The notes: generated by a model from the letters alone, not told the origin. A stretch of DNA of 64,000 bases from Eubacteriales bacterium (GCA_045124505.1 JBGVLZ010000039.1:23110-87109), one strand, 5' to 3'; shown: positions 35,492 through 44,792, counted from the stretch's first letter. Made by a program: numbers and translations.

Positions 35492-36059
35492 TTGTATCTA
35501 CCTCCATAAGCTTTATGTATTTTTCTCTTGCATCGGAAACCTTTTTAACATACGCTTCCGTTTCAGGAAACGGTATGCTTATAAGACGTCCGTTTTGCGA
35601 AATTTCTTCATCTTCAAGCCATTTTCTGACCTGACCGTGACCTGCATTATATGCGGCATAGACTGTTTCCCAGATTATAAACTGATCATGACAGTACGAA
35701 AGATAATAAACTCCGCACTGTATATTTGTTTCGGGATCCGTTATTTTATTCTTATCGTAAGGTATTCCCGTTTTTCCGCATATCCATTCATATGTGGACG
35801 GAATAAGCTGCATAAGACCTACAGCCCCCTTATCGGATCTCGCATTCGGATCAAAATCACTTTCCGCCTTTATAACGGCATATATGACATCCTTTGGCAC
35901 ACCGTACATTTCGGAATATTTTTCGACGTATTCGCTGTATTTTGTCGGGTAACTTGCACGCTCATGCCTGTCAAGTGCGATATCTGTTATATATCCGAGC
36001 AAAACAGCCGCAGCTATAAGCAGTACCGCAATAACGCTTCTTTTGATCGCTTCAGCCAT
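35484..36059 (-). CDS. membrane-anchored lytic transglycosylase (SLT domain)
   Basis: AVIKAESDFDPNARSDKGAVGLMQL catalytic-Glu motif. Confidence 0.85.
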   Translation of the reverse strand: MAEAIKRSVIAVLLIAAAVLLGYITDIALDRHERASYPTKYSEYVEKYSEMYGVPKDVIYAVIKAESDFDPNARSDKGAVGLMQLIPSTYEWICGKTGIPYDKNKITDPETNIQCGVYYLSYCHDQFIIWETVYAAYNAGHGQVRKWLEDEEISQNGRLISIPFPETEAYVKKVSDAREKYIKLMEVDTNE

Positions 36060-36657
36060 TTGTGCCTCCTTTTATGATATCCAAGGTGTTTTTAACCGAG
36101 CTTTCAAGTTCTTCAATACCGAAATTATTTTCAATAACGTATGTGCATTTGTCCTTGAAATAATCGGCTGAATATTGGTTTGCAAGACGTTTTTCTGCCG
36201 CCTCTCGGCTTATTTTGTCACGCTCCATTATACGTTCTGTAAGCGTTTGTTTTTCAGCCGTCACAGCAATAGTTGCATCACATTCCCTGTCAAATCCGCT
36301 TTCAAAAAGCTGTGATGCATCTACAAGAACGGTTCCGAAACCCTCTTTTTCATACTGCTTTATCATTTCACGTGAACGTGACAGAATATGAAAATGCGCT
36401 ATTTTATTCAACGCTTCAAGCTTTTCCTTTGAAGAAAAAACGATTTTTGCAAGCGTCGGACGGTGTATACCGCCCGCCCAGTCGGTTATTTCTATGCCAA
36501 ACTCACGCACAAGCTCACATACCAAGGGTGAATTTTTGCACAACATAGAATGGTAAACTTCATCCGTATTCACGCACGGAACACCGTATTTTTCAAAAAG
36601 TGTACACACGGTGCTTTTACCTGCACCGCTTTGTCCTGTTATACCGATAATTTTCAT
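36052..36657 (-). CDS. coaE: dephospho-CoA kinase
   Basis: GITGQSGAGKST P-loop, length about 200 aa. Confidence 0.9.
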   Translation of the reverse strand: MKIIGITGQSGAGKSTVCTLFEKYGVPCVNTDEVYHSMLCKNSPLVCELVREFGIEITDWAGGIHRPTLAKIVFSSKEKLEALNKIAHFHILSRSREMIKQYEKEGFGTVLVDASQLFESGFDRECDATIAVTAEKQTLTERIMERDKISREAAEKRLANQYSADYFKDKCTYVIENNFGIEELESSVKNTLDIIKGGTNG

Positions 36658-36658
36658 A

Positions 36659-37690
36659 TCAGACCTTTATTATTTTAAATCCCGCCGCACGCATAAGCCT
36701 GTTTAAAACAGCAAGACCGACACCGTCGCTTTCGGGTATTACCGAATATATTTCCTCCGCTGTTGAGCTGTTATATTCACGCAGATAGGAAAACAGCACG
36801 TTTGCCTGCTTTATAGGTGAGCGTTCAAGATATTTTACGTTTTCGCCGAATACCGTATCTTTACTGTCAACATAGCAAAGAATACCAGTTTTCGGATCAT
36901 TTTCGAGCTTTTTCTTAAAAAATTCAATTACGTTTTCTTCATTTCCCTCAACGAGATATACAGGCGCATCGGGGGAGTAATGCTTGTACATCATACCCGG
37001 TGACTCCGCCTTTTCGCCCTCTTTGAGCTTTTCGAGTATAGCCGATGACACCGTCACATTTTCGCACACAGCCTTAAGCATATGAATGTCAACTGCTCCC
37101 GGGCGCAAAAGAATTATCTCATTTTCATTTGCCCTTACAACAGTTGATTCAAGACCTATCTCACAAGAACCGCCGTCGATTATCATATCGACCTTACCGC
37201 AAAGATCCTCTATAACGTGAGATGCCTCTGTCGGTGAGGGTTTGCCCGATGTGTTTGCTGACGGCGCGGCAATTGCCGCACCTGTATGTTCTATGATAGC
37301 GGATGCAATTTTATCCGACGGTATTCTTATTGCCACCGTGTCAAGACCGCCTGTGACTGTATCGGGCACAGTATTCTTTTTAGGAAGAATTACCGTCAGG
37401 GGACCCGGTGAAAATGCGCTTGTCAGCTTATAATAAAGCTCATTTGTGTATGCATATTTCTCCGCATCCTCAGCCTTGGCTATATGGATTATCAGGGGGT
37501 TATCCGACGGACGTCCCTTTGCTTTATATATTTTTTCAGCACCGTCGGCATATTCCGCATTTGCACCCAGCCCATAAACTGTTTCGGTGGGAAATGCAAC
37601 AAGTCCGCCGTTTTTTATTATTTCCGATGCTCTTTTTATGACCGCAATATCAATATTTTCACGGTCTGTCTTTACAACTTCGGTTTTCAT
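36659..37690 (-). CDS. tsaC: L-threonylcarbamoyladenylate synthase (YwlC/Sua5 type)
   Basis: FPTETVYGLGA and KGRPSDNPLIIH motifs plus a Sua5 C-terminal domain. Confidence 0.9.
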   Translation of the reverse strand: MKTEVVKTDRENIDIAVIKRASEIIKNGGLVAFPTETVYGLGANAEYADGAEKIYKAKGRPSDNPLIIHIAKAEDAEKYAYTNELYYKLTSAFSPGPLTVILPKKNTVPDTVTGGLDTVAIRIPSDKIASAIIEHTGAAIAAPSANTSGKPSPTEASHVIEDLCGKVDMIIDGGSCEIGLESTVVRANENEIILLRPGAVDIHMLKAVCENVTVSSAILEKLKEGEKAESPGMMYKHYSPDAPVYLVEGNEENVIEFFKKKLENDPKTGILCYVDSKDTVFGENVKYLERSPIKQANVLFSYLREYNSSTAEEIYSVIPESDGVGLAVLNRLMRAAGFKIIKV

Positions 37691-38751
37691 TATGATTTAA
37701 GCTTTTCGGCTGTATCAACATTGATGATATAGTCTATCATCTCCGATATATTTCCGTTCAAGAAGCTTTCAAGTGTATACGATGTATAACCGACTCTGTG
37801 ATCGGTAACACGTCCTTGCGGATAATTATATGTTCTTATACGCTCGCTTCTGTCGCCTGTGCCGACCTGGCTTTTCCTTTCATTTGCGATCTTGTCGTGC
37901 TGTTCCTGTGTTTTCATATCGTAAAGCTTCGCACGCAGAAGCTTCATCGCCTTGTCCTTGTTTTTGAACTGGCTTCTTTCATCCTGACATTCGATAACGA
38001 TGCCTGTGGGTTTATGATAAAGTCTTATGGCTGACTCTGTTTTATTTATGTGCTGACCGCCGGCACCGCTGCTCTTACACGTTTCGAACTTTATGTCAGC
38101 GGGATTTATTTCGACTTCAACATCCTCAGCCTCAGGTAAAACAGCTACCGTTACGGTGGATGTGTGTATTCTGCCCTGCGCCTCCGTTTCTGGCACACGC
38201 TGAACACGGTGAACACCCGATTCAAATTTCAGTTTTGAATACGCACCGTCGCCCATAACCGTGAACGATACTTCCTTAAAACCGCCAAGTCCCGTTTCGT
38301 TTACACTCAAAAGCTCCGTTTTCCAGCCTACAGATTCGGCGTACATCGTGTACATTCTGTATAAAACGTACGAAAACAGTGCCGCTTCGTCGCCGCCCGC
38401 CCCTGCACGTATTTCGATAACAACGTTTTTGTCATCATTTTCATCTCTCGGCAAAAGGAGTATTTTAAGCTCATTCGTGCATTTTTCAATACCTGCCTTT
38501 GCTTCCTGCAGTTCCTCCTGCGCAAGCGCTTTCATTTCTTCATCGGGTTTATCCGATAAAAGCTCCTCGGCGTCGGACTGCATTCTGACATATCCCTTAT
38601 ACTCACGGTACTTTTCAATTATCGGCGAAAGGCGTTTGTATTCCTTCATTAAAGCGGTGTATTTTGTCTGGTCTGAAATTATCTCGCTGTCGGAAAGATC
38701 CTTTTCAATGGTGATAAATTTTTCTTCCGCTTCTTTAAGCTTATCAAGCAT
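37690..38751 (-). CDS. prfA: peptide chain release factor 1
   Basis: PET tripeptide (VPETEAQGR), GGQ motif (SGAGGQHINK). Confidence 0.95.
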   Translation of the reverse strand: MLDKLKEAEEKFITIEKDLSDSEIISDQTKYTALMKEYKRLSPIIEKYREYKGYVRMQSDAEELLSDKPDEEMKALAQEELQEAKAGIEKCTNELKILLLPRDENDDKNVVIEIRAGAGGDEAALFSYVLYRMYTMYAESVGWKTELLSVNETGLGGFKEVSFTVMGDGAYSKLKFESGVHRVQRVPETEAQGRIHTSTVTVAVLPEAEDVEVEINPADIKFETCKSSGAGGQHINKTESAIRLYHKPTGIVIECQDERSQFKNKDKAMKLLRAKLYDMKTQEQHDKIANERKSQVGTGDRSERIRTYNYPQGRVTDHRVGYTSYTLESFLNGNISEMIDYIINVDTAEKLKS

Positions 38752-38950
38752 TATGACAGTCCTCCGCCTTTTCTATCTTTTTAATGTTTTTTTCAAGCTT
38801 CACACGTGCAACCGTCACGTCATGCCCGCATGTTTCGCACAATATTCTTATATCGGACCCCACACGGAGCACACGGAACGTCTTTCCTCCGCACGGGTGC
38901 TGTTTTTTCATCGTGAGCACGTCGCCCACTTCTATCTTCGGTATTTCCAT
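38744..38950 (-). CDS. DUF951-family small protein
   Basis: 68 aa, KKQHPCGG...CETCGH zinc-ribbon-like, overlaps the prfA start by 8 nt. Confidence 0.6.
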   Translation of the reverse strand: MEIPKIEVGDVLTMKKQHPCGGKTFRVLRVGSDIRILCETCGHDVTVARVKLEKNIKKIEKAEDCHNA

Positions 38951-39030
38951 TTACATCCCTCAAACCTTTTTATCCTTATGATTATATCATACACATATAA
39001 TTAAATCAATAGAAGTTTTGTATATTTTTA

Positions 39031-39585
39031 TCACCCGTCAAAAATTGATGAAAAAATACAAATACAGAATAAAAACAGCGAAAAGTTTGCTCCCGTTTTG
39101 AAAAGCAGATAAACGGAAAACTGCCAAAGCAAAAAAAGTGTTATGAAGGAAATAATATTACAAAACGTGTCGGTTTTATTTTCAAAACGCATCATAAGAA
39201 AGGCTCGCAGTGCCCTGCCTCCGTCAAGTCCGTCTACAGGGAGCGCATTTAAGATACCGTATATCAGGTTATAGCTTCCGAAGCTGTATTTAAAAAACAA
39301 GATGAAAAACAAAAAATTGAATATGATACCACCGGAAGATATTACGACATCGTCACGGTATGAGGTAATACCGTTCAGCCTTATATCAGCACCGCCCAGT
39401 CCTATCGTGACGGATGAAATTTCAGCTTTGCATACCTTTGAAAAAACAATATGTCCAAGCTCATGCAAAAGTGAAGCAAGAAACATAAAAAACGTATCCC
39501 ATCCCCTGTATGAAAGCGAAAAAATAATAAGCGTCACTGAAGTTATGACGCTTATTTTTATCTTCCTTGACAGATATATATACAA
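39031..39585 (-). CDS. M50/site-2-protease-like membrane metalloprotease
   Basis: HELGH motif in TM context and NALPVDGLDGG. Confidence 0.7.
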   Translation of the reverse strand: MYIYLSRKIKISVITSVTLIIFSLSYRGWDTFFMFLASLLHELGHIVFSKVCKAEISSVTIGLGGADIRLNGITSYRDDVVISSGGIIFNFLFFILFFKYSFGSYNLIYGILNALPVDGLDGGRALRAFLMMRFENKTDTFCNIISFITLFLLWQFSVYLLFKTGANFSLFLFCICIFSSIFDG

Positions 39586-39600
39586 CCTTGCCTCCGGATA

Positions 39601-40680
39601 TTATTTATATATTCTTTTCACCCTTTTGCTCACGGCGCACATACATTCGTAAGGTATCGTTCCTATGTGATTTGCATATACCGAAGCATCGTCAAATACC
39701 ACCGCTTCGTCACCGACCTTCGGTTTTTCCTCCATATCGGTGATATCGACCATAAAATGGTCCATACACACCCTGCCTATGACCTTTGCCGAATATCCGT
39801 TTATTTTAACGTAAGAGCCTGTAAACCGTCTTGAAATTCCGTCACCGTAACCGCACGCAACAGTTGCAACGGTCATATTTTTTTCAGCCTTGAAATCACC
39901 GCCGTAGGAAACGGCATCTCCCTTTGAAATTTTGTGTATATGCACAACGGTCGAAACAAATTTCATAACCGGTTTAAGACCTTCGCCCGATATTTCATCT
40001 GACGGCGGAAAGCCGTAAAGCACGATGCCCGCACGTACCATGCCGAAAATAGACTGCGGAAAGTCAAGTATCGCACCGCTGTTTGCACAGTGGTACAAAA
40101 GAGGCTTATCGGAAAGGCTGTCAATAATATTCTTTGCCTTATAAAACTTTTCCAGCTGTGCCAAGCATGCGCTTTTGTCGATTTCATCACCCCTTGCAAA
40201 GTGTGTAAAAACGCCCTCGGGTGAAAATTTCGGGTTATTAAAAACGTATTTCAAGCCCTCGCTGTATGCATAGTCGAAGCCGAGGCGGTTCATTCCCGTT
40301 TCTACTTTTATATGTACACGCAATTTTTCGCCTTCATTTATTCGGGACGAAAGAAGCTTTGCATATTCACTTGAATAAACAGCCTGTATAAAGCCGTTTT
40401 CGATAACGTGGGAGATATCATCGGGGTTTGAAAAGCTCAAAATGAGTATGTCGCCGTCGGTATAACGTCTTGCCTCTATTGCTTCATCAAGTGATGAAAC
40501 GGCAAAGTGTCTGCATCCCGCATCGTGCAGTATTTTTATACATTCTCCGCCGTGACCGTAGCAGTCCGCTTTGATAACACACATAAGCGAAACGTCATCG
40601 GGGAGCTTTGATTTTATGAAATTAAAATTGGAAACAAGCGCTGAGGAGTCAATTTGTAGATACGTCCGTGGTTTGAGCAT
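39601..40680 (-). CDS. alr: alanine racemase
   Basis: VIKADCYGHG PLP-Lys motif. Start set to MLKPRTYLQID; the track start would overlap the upstream gene by 128 nt. Confidence 0.9.
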   Translation of the reverse strand: MLKPRTYLQIDSSALVSNFNFIKSKLPDDVSLMCVIKADCYGHGGECIKILHDAGCRHFAVSSLDEAIEARRYTDGDILILSFSNPDDISHVIENGFIQAVYSSEYAKLLSSRINEGEKLRVHIKVETGMNRLGFDYAYSEGLKYVFNNPKFSPEGVFTHFARGDEIDKSACLAQLEKFYKAKNIIDSLSDKPLLYHCANSGAILDFPQSIFGMVRAGIVLYGFPPSDEISGEGLKPVMKFVSTVVHIHKISKGDAVSYGGDFKAEKNMTVATVACGYGDGISRRFTGSYVKINGYSAKVIGRVCMDHFMVDITDMEEKPKVGDEAVVFDDASVYANHIGTIPYECMCAVSKRVKRIYK

Positions 40681-41191
40681 CAGTATTTTTTCCGTTCCAT
40701 TCATCAAATGTAATAACCGTTTTACCCGATCTGAGCATAAGCGGCTTCTTTTTTTCTTTGTCAAAATAAATATCACAATTGCTGTTTGTAAGCTTTACTG
40801 CCTTTTCACCGTTTACGGAATCCTCGCTTACAGTAAATTCACCGTCGCACTTCAAAAGCTCATACCAGCGGTAAACACCGCCTGTTGATGCTTCAGTGAC
40901 CTTCTGATCCAGCTCGATATTCATATCGTTATAGATAAGAAAGCTGTCATCGCCCTCGAAGCTGTAACCCATTCCCCAAAGTACAGACGGCTCCGCAAAA
41001 ACCATATCGACCGAACCGTCATCATCCTTTGAAATGCGCACCGTATACGCCGTTCCATCCTCATCAACAGATACGTTTGCGGTGTATCCGTCCTTTAAAG
41101 ACGAAACATAATCCTCGGCATTGTCACCGTTTCCGCATCCTGATATGAGAACCGATATGACCAACAAAGCAACTGAAAATATTTTTTTCAT
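40649..41191 (-). CDS. lipoprotein of unknown function
   Basis: MKKIFSVALLVISVLISGC lipobox. Start set by AGGAG SD. Confidence 0.6.
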   Translation of the reverse strand: MKKIFSVALLVISVLISGCGNGDNAEDYVSSLKDGYTANVSVDEDGTAYTVRISKDDDGSVDMVFAEPSVLWGMGYSFEGDDSFLIYNDMNIELDQKVTEASTGGVYRWYELLKCDGEFTVSEDSVNGEKAVKLTNSNCDIYFDKEKKKPLMLRSGKTVITFDEWNGKNTDAQTTDVSTN

Positions 41192-41244
41192 AAACATGCA
41201 CTCCTTTAACCTTTTATGGTTAAATCTATGCACCTAACAGCTTT

Positions 41245-41781
41245 TTAATGCCTCAATGTGTCAACAACTACTGTATTTTTGTTGTGATACTTCATTATTT
41301 TAAGTGTCTTTTTTGTCGCTTCAAAGTACAGCACCGTCTTTTTATCACCGTCATTCACGATCATAGCATAAAGATCGGGCGTCGGCTCCGCCAAGCTTAT
41401 ACAAGACGGAAAAACAACGTCGCCTTTATTCACGGTAACATCCGTGTGAGGCACTATACTGTCAACTTCGTTTATTGTGACCTGATAGTATTTTTTGCAT
41501 TTTTTTGCACCGAATACCTTTTCCATCGTAAAAACACCTCTTTCGATGGTGTATCTGTATTCGATCTGAAAATACATAAACATGTATTTGAACAGTATAA
41601 GACAGAGCATGAACATTACAGGTGTGAAGTAAATAAGCATTTTTACAGCCACACATGCACCGCACAAAAGAATCGATGCAAGCACAGCGCCTAAAACGTA
41701 CATTATCCTCTGAAGCCTGTATTTACCTTCTACCTTTTTTTCTACCGTATGAGTTATACTGTTGAAAGATGAATCATCCAT
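41245..41781 (-). CDS. two-TM membrane protein of unknown function
   Basis: Start set to MDDSSF (SD AGGAGG, 7-nt spacing); hydrophobic hairpin at residues ~30-75. Confidence 0.5.
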   Translation of the reverse strand: MDDSSFNSITHTVEKKVEGKYRLQRIMYVLGAVLASILLCGACVAVKMLIYFTPVMFMLCLILFKYMFMYFQIEYRYTIERGVFTMEKVFGAKKCKKYYQVTINEVDSIVPHTDVTVNKGDVVFPSCISLAEPTPDLYAMIVNDGDKKTVLYFEATKKTLKIMKYHNKNTVVVDTLRH

Positions 41782-41855
41782 AATTAAGCCTCCTTGATAG
41801 ACTTTTTTTATTCTATCACACATTTAATAAAAATTCAATCCCTAACGGCTCGGTA

Positions 41856-41884
41856 TTGACAAAAAAAATAAAAGGGTATATAAT
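41856..41884 (+). promoter_or_regulatory. sigma-70 promoter of metF
   Basis: TTGACA-17 nt-TATAAT. Confidence 0.65.
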
Positions 41885-41905
41885 TGAGCCAAAGGAGTGA
41901 GAATT

Positions 41906-42781
41906 TTGAAAATAATCGACATAATAAACAGCAATATCGCCAAAGATGCACCCACTCTGTCATTCGAAGTGTTCCCGCCCAAAACATCCGATTCTATAGA
42001 CACGGTGATGAATGCGACATCTGAAATTGCAAAGCTTAACCCTGCTTTTATGAGCGTTACATACGGTGCCGGCGGCGGCACAAGCAACTATACCGTATCC
42101 GTTGCGGAAAATATTAAAAACTGCGGTATTACACCCATCGTACATCTGACATGTGTTTCCTCAACTGAGGAAGCTGTAAAAAATCAGATAGAAAAAATCA
42201 AGCTTGCAGGGATGAACAATATACTTGCCCTGCGCGGAGATATCCCCACAGACTGGGAATTTCCCGAAAATGCCCCTTACAGATATGCTTCCCAGCTTAT
42301 AAGGGAGATAAAAAAGCACGGTGATTTTTGTATCGGCGGTGCATGTTATCCCGAAAAACACCCTGAAGCTTCAACTCTCAAAGAAGACATAAAGCACATT
42401 AAGGAAAAGGTCGATGCAGGCTGTGATTTTCTGACAACACAGATGTTTTTCGATAACAATATCCTTTACAACTATCTTTACAAAATACGTGAAGCAGGCA
42501 TAACAGTTCCCGTTGTTGCGGGTATCATGCCTGTAACAAACGCAAAGCAAACGGAAAGAATATGTAAAATATCGGGTAATTTCTTACCCCAGCGATTCAA
42601 GGCTATAACAGACAAGTTCGGTTCAAATCCCGAATCAATGAAGCAAGCAGGAATTGCATATGCAACAGACCAGATAATCGACTTACTTGCAAACGGTGTC
42701 AACTGCATACACGTCTACTGCATGAACCGCCCCGAGGTGGCAAGAAAAATAAAGGATAATCTTTCAAGTATACTTAAATGA
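41906..42781 (+). CDS. metF: methylenetetrahydrofolate reductase
   Basis: SFEVFPPKT and TYGAGG motifs. The likely start is TTG at 41906 (GGAG SD, 8-nt spacing); GTG at 41897 is the track start. Confidence 0.9.
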   Translation: MKIIDIINSNIAKDAPTLSFEVFPPKTSDSIDTVMNATSEIAKLNPAFMSVTYGAGGGTSNYTVSVAENIKNCGITPIVHLTCVSSTEEAVKNQIEKIKLAGMNNILALRGDIPTDWEFPENAPYRYASQLIREIKKHGDFCIGGACYPEKHPEASTLKEDIKHIKEKVDAGCDFLTTQMFFDNNILYNYLYKIREAGITVPVVAGIMPVTNAKQTERICKISGNFLPQRFKAITDKFGSNPESMKQAGIAYATDQIIDLLANGVNCIHVYCMNRPEVARKIKDNLSSILK

Positions 42782-42785
42782 TACC

Positions 42786-42822
42786 AAGGCAAGCGGATGC
42801 AGTGTCCGTTTGCCTTTTATCT
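42786..42822 (+). terminator. metF terminator
   Basis: AAGGCAAGCGGA...TCCGTTTGCCTT followed by TTATCTT. Confidence 0.7.
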
Positions 42823-42825
42823 TAC

Positions 42826-42854
42826 TTGACAAACAACGGCTTGTATGGTATAAT
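42826..42854 (+). promoter_or_regulatory. consensus promoter of the NYN two-gene cassette
   Basis: TTGACA (42826-42831), 17 nt, TGg-TATAAT (42846-42854). Confidence 0.7.
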
Positions 42855-42891
42855 TCGCAGACGGAAAGCGCATGGAAGGAGGTAAGGAAAG

Positions 42892-43722
42892 ATAGGAATT
42901 ATAGGGAATTTATTTGCAAAAAAAAGAAAAAAAGCACTTGTTTTTGTTGATTATGAGCATTGGCACGTTTCAATGTATAAAAACTATTCAAGCCGTCCTG
43001 AAATAAAGAAGTGGAAAAATGAGCTTGATAAAAAATACAACGTCGTTGACATGTTTTTCTTCGGTGATTTTTCAAATCCCGGTATGCGTTATGAGATACC
43101 CAAAATAAGGGAAGTTTCAAACAACGTCATAGAAACACAGAACACAAGCCAGCATTATAAAAAGGATTTTACGGACTTCATCATGCTTGACAGCATATAT
43201 CAAAGGGCGATGTTTGCAAAAGATATCGATACCTTTGTTATTTTCACCGGTGACGGTCATTTCACATCGGTAGTGAAGTTTCTTACAAACACCTGTAAAA
43301 AAGAAGTTATTGTTTATGCCGTAAGGGATTGCTTGTCGGGTATGCTCAAAAGTGCCGCATCGTCTTATATTGAGGTGCCGACACTTGAAGAAATTGAAAA
43401 TGTACGTGTTTCAATGGTTGCAAATTATTTAATACAGCAGAAAAAATCAAAGCATCAGCGCAGATATATCACGTTTTTATCCGCCATGGAAGCCGTTTCG
43501 GAAAAATACGGCGAAGACAAGGAAAATATAAGAGAAACTATGACAAAGATGCTTGATAGCGGTCTTTTGCGTCAGGAAAGAAAATTTTTGACAGGCGGCA
43601 AACAACTGAAGGCAATATATCTCAATGACGAAAAGCTGGAAGAAAACGGCATTGACATCATTTCAGATGATAAGCTTGTGCCGAATGAAAAAAAACGCAA
43701 AGACAGCGGTAGGGAAAAATGA
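42892..43722 (+). CDS. NYN (LabA-like) nuclease domain protein with a C-terminal OST-HTH/LOTUS-like region
   Basis: ALVFVDYEHW ... DFIMLD ... TFVIFTGDGHF are NYN acidic motifs. The first strand, with its Asp, lies upstream of the only ATG (42973). The frame is open from 42886, and AGGAGG at 42877-42882 points to an ATA or ATT start. Confidence 0.65.
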   Translation: MGIIGNLFAKKRKKALVFVDYEHWHVSMYKNYSSRPEIKKWKNELDKKYNVVDMFFFGDFSNPGMRYEIPKIREVSNNVIETQNTSQHYKKDFTDFIMLDSIYQRAMFAKDIDTFVIFTGDGHFTSVVKFLTNTCKKEVIVYAVRDCLSGMLKSAASSYIEVPTLEEIENVRVSMVANYLIQQKKSKHQRRYITFLSAMEAVSEKYGEDKENIRETMTKMLDSGLLRQERKFLTGGKQLKAIYLNDEKLEENGIDIISDDKLVPNEKKRKDSGREK

Positions 43723-44678
43723 TAAAATACGATCGTTTTTCGGGATATTACACCGAAACAGAGTTACCGATGATAACGGTAAACTCTTTGAACGAAATAG
43801 TTGATTACAATGAAAAAAGCATCTTTAAGGTAGGACGTGCCGACATAGGTCTTGAAGTTGAGCTGCGGCCGCTGGTAAATTCAAAGCAAAAAAGCTTTCC
43901 GTACACAGCGGTGCTCGTCCTGAAGGATGTTGAGTATCTTGCGTGTGTATGTCTTGCAAGTCCGAAATCGGATGAGTACAGACACATATATTTCAGCGAC
44001 ACGGCAAACGATACAGCGGATGCGCTTTTAGCATCGAGATTCATAATTGAACAAAAGTATACAGAGCTTCACAGCAGAAATCGTTTCGCCTCAGAAAGCG
44101 ATCAGCCGTTCAAAAAGCTTCAAAGGCTTACGATGCTTTCATGCGCAGATACATGTGAGCAATCACAGAATATAAGCCTTGAACAAATAGTTGAATACAC
44201 GGTAAACAGTTATAAAAAGCGTTTTCCCGATACTGTCGGCAAAACCGTTGAATTTTCCTGTGAGGCACAAAGTATTCAAGTAAACGAAAATATCACATCA
44301 TTGACTGTTGCTCTTGCTGTTTTATCAATGGCGCTTGCAAAGGATGAGGCGGTGTTCACCGTCAAAGAAACTCCCACACATTATGTATTTTTGCTTATTT
44401 TAAAGCACAGAAGATTTATGGGGGACATATCCTCATGCGGATTTTCTGGTATGTTTCTTTCCCGCATTTCGTGTTTGAATTATTGGAACACGGAGCTTGC
44501 GTACAATGCTTTGCAAAATGAAACGTCAATTAAGATATTTGTACCTAAATCAAGCACATCGCACAGATTTTCTGCCGAAACATATCATTTCGACATCTGG
44601 GAATACACAAAGCTGCTTGCCGATGCGTTTACAATGTATAATTATTCTGAAAAGAATACCTGGGGTTGGCTCGTTTAA
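43719..44678 (+). CDS. 319-aa protein of unknown function (weak GHKL/histidine-kinase-like impression only)
   Basis: ATGA start/stop overlap with the NYN gene. No canonical motif recognised. Confidence 0.4.
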   Translation: MIKYDRFSGYYTETELPMITVNSLNEIVDYNEKSIFKVGRADIGLEVELRPLVNSKQKSFPYTAVLVLKDVEYLACVCLASPKSDEYRHIYFSDTANDTADALLASRFIIEQKYTELHSRNRFASESDQPFKKLQRLTMLSCADTCEQSQNISLEQIVEYTVNSYKKRFPDTVGKTVEFSCEAQSIQVNENITSLTVALAVLSMALAKDEAVFTVKETPTHYVFLLILKHRRFMGDISSCGFSGMFLSRISCLNYWNTELAYNALQNETSIKIFVPKSSTSHRFSAETYHFDIWEYTKLLADAFTMYNYSEKNTWGWLV

Positions 44679-44698
44679 GGAAATATATGGTAAACTTT

Positions 44699-44792
44699 GT
44701 AGGGGCGACCATTGGTCGTCCGCCTCGAAATGTATAAATATACTAAAAGCGGGAGTGCGCAGTTCGCACACGAACTGATTGCACCCCCCTAC
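44699..44792. repeat. inverted doublet of GTAGGG + hairpin REP-like units (REPIN-like)
   Basis: Left unit GTAGGGGCGACC-ATT-GGTCGTCC. The right unit, read on the minus strand, is GTAGGGGGGTGCAAT-CAGTTCG-TGTG-CGAACTG. Confidence 0.65.

Noticed and set aside
41782-41905. SAM riboswitch or T-box upstream of metF
   Set aside because: The leader between the TATAAT and the start codon is only about 20 nt, too short for either element.
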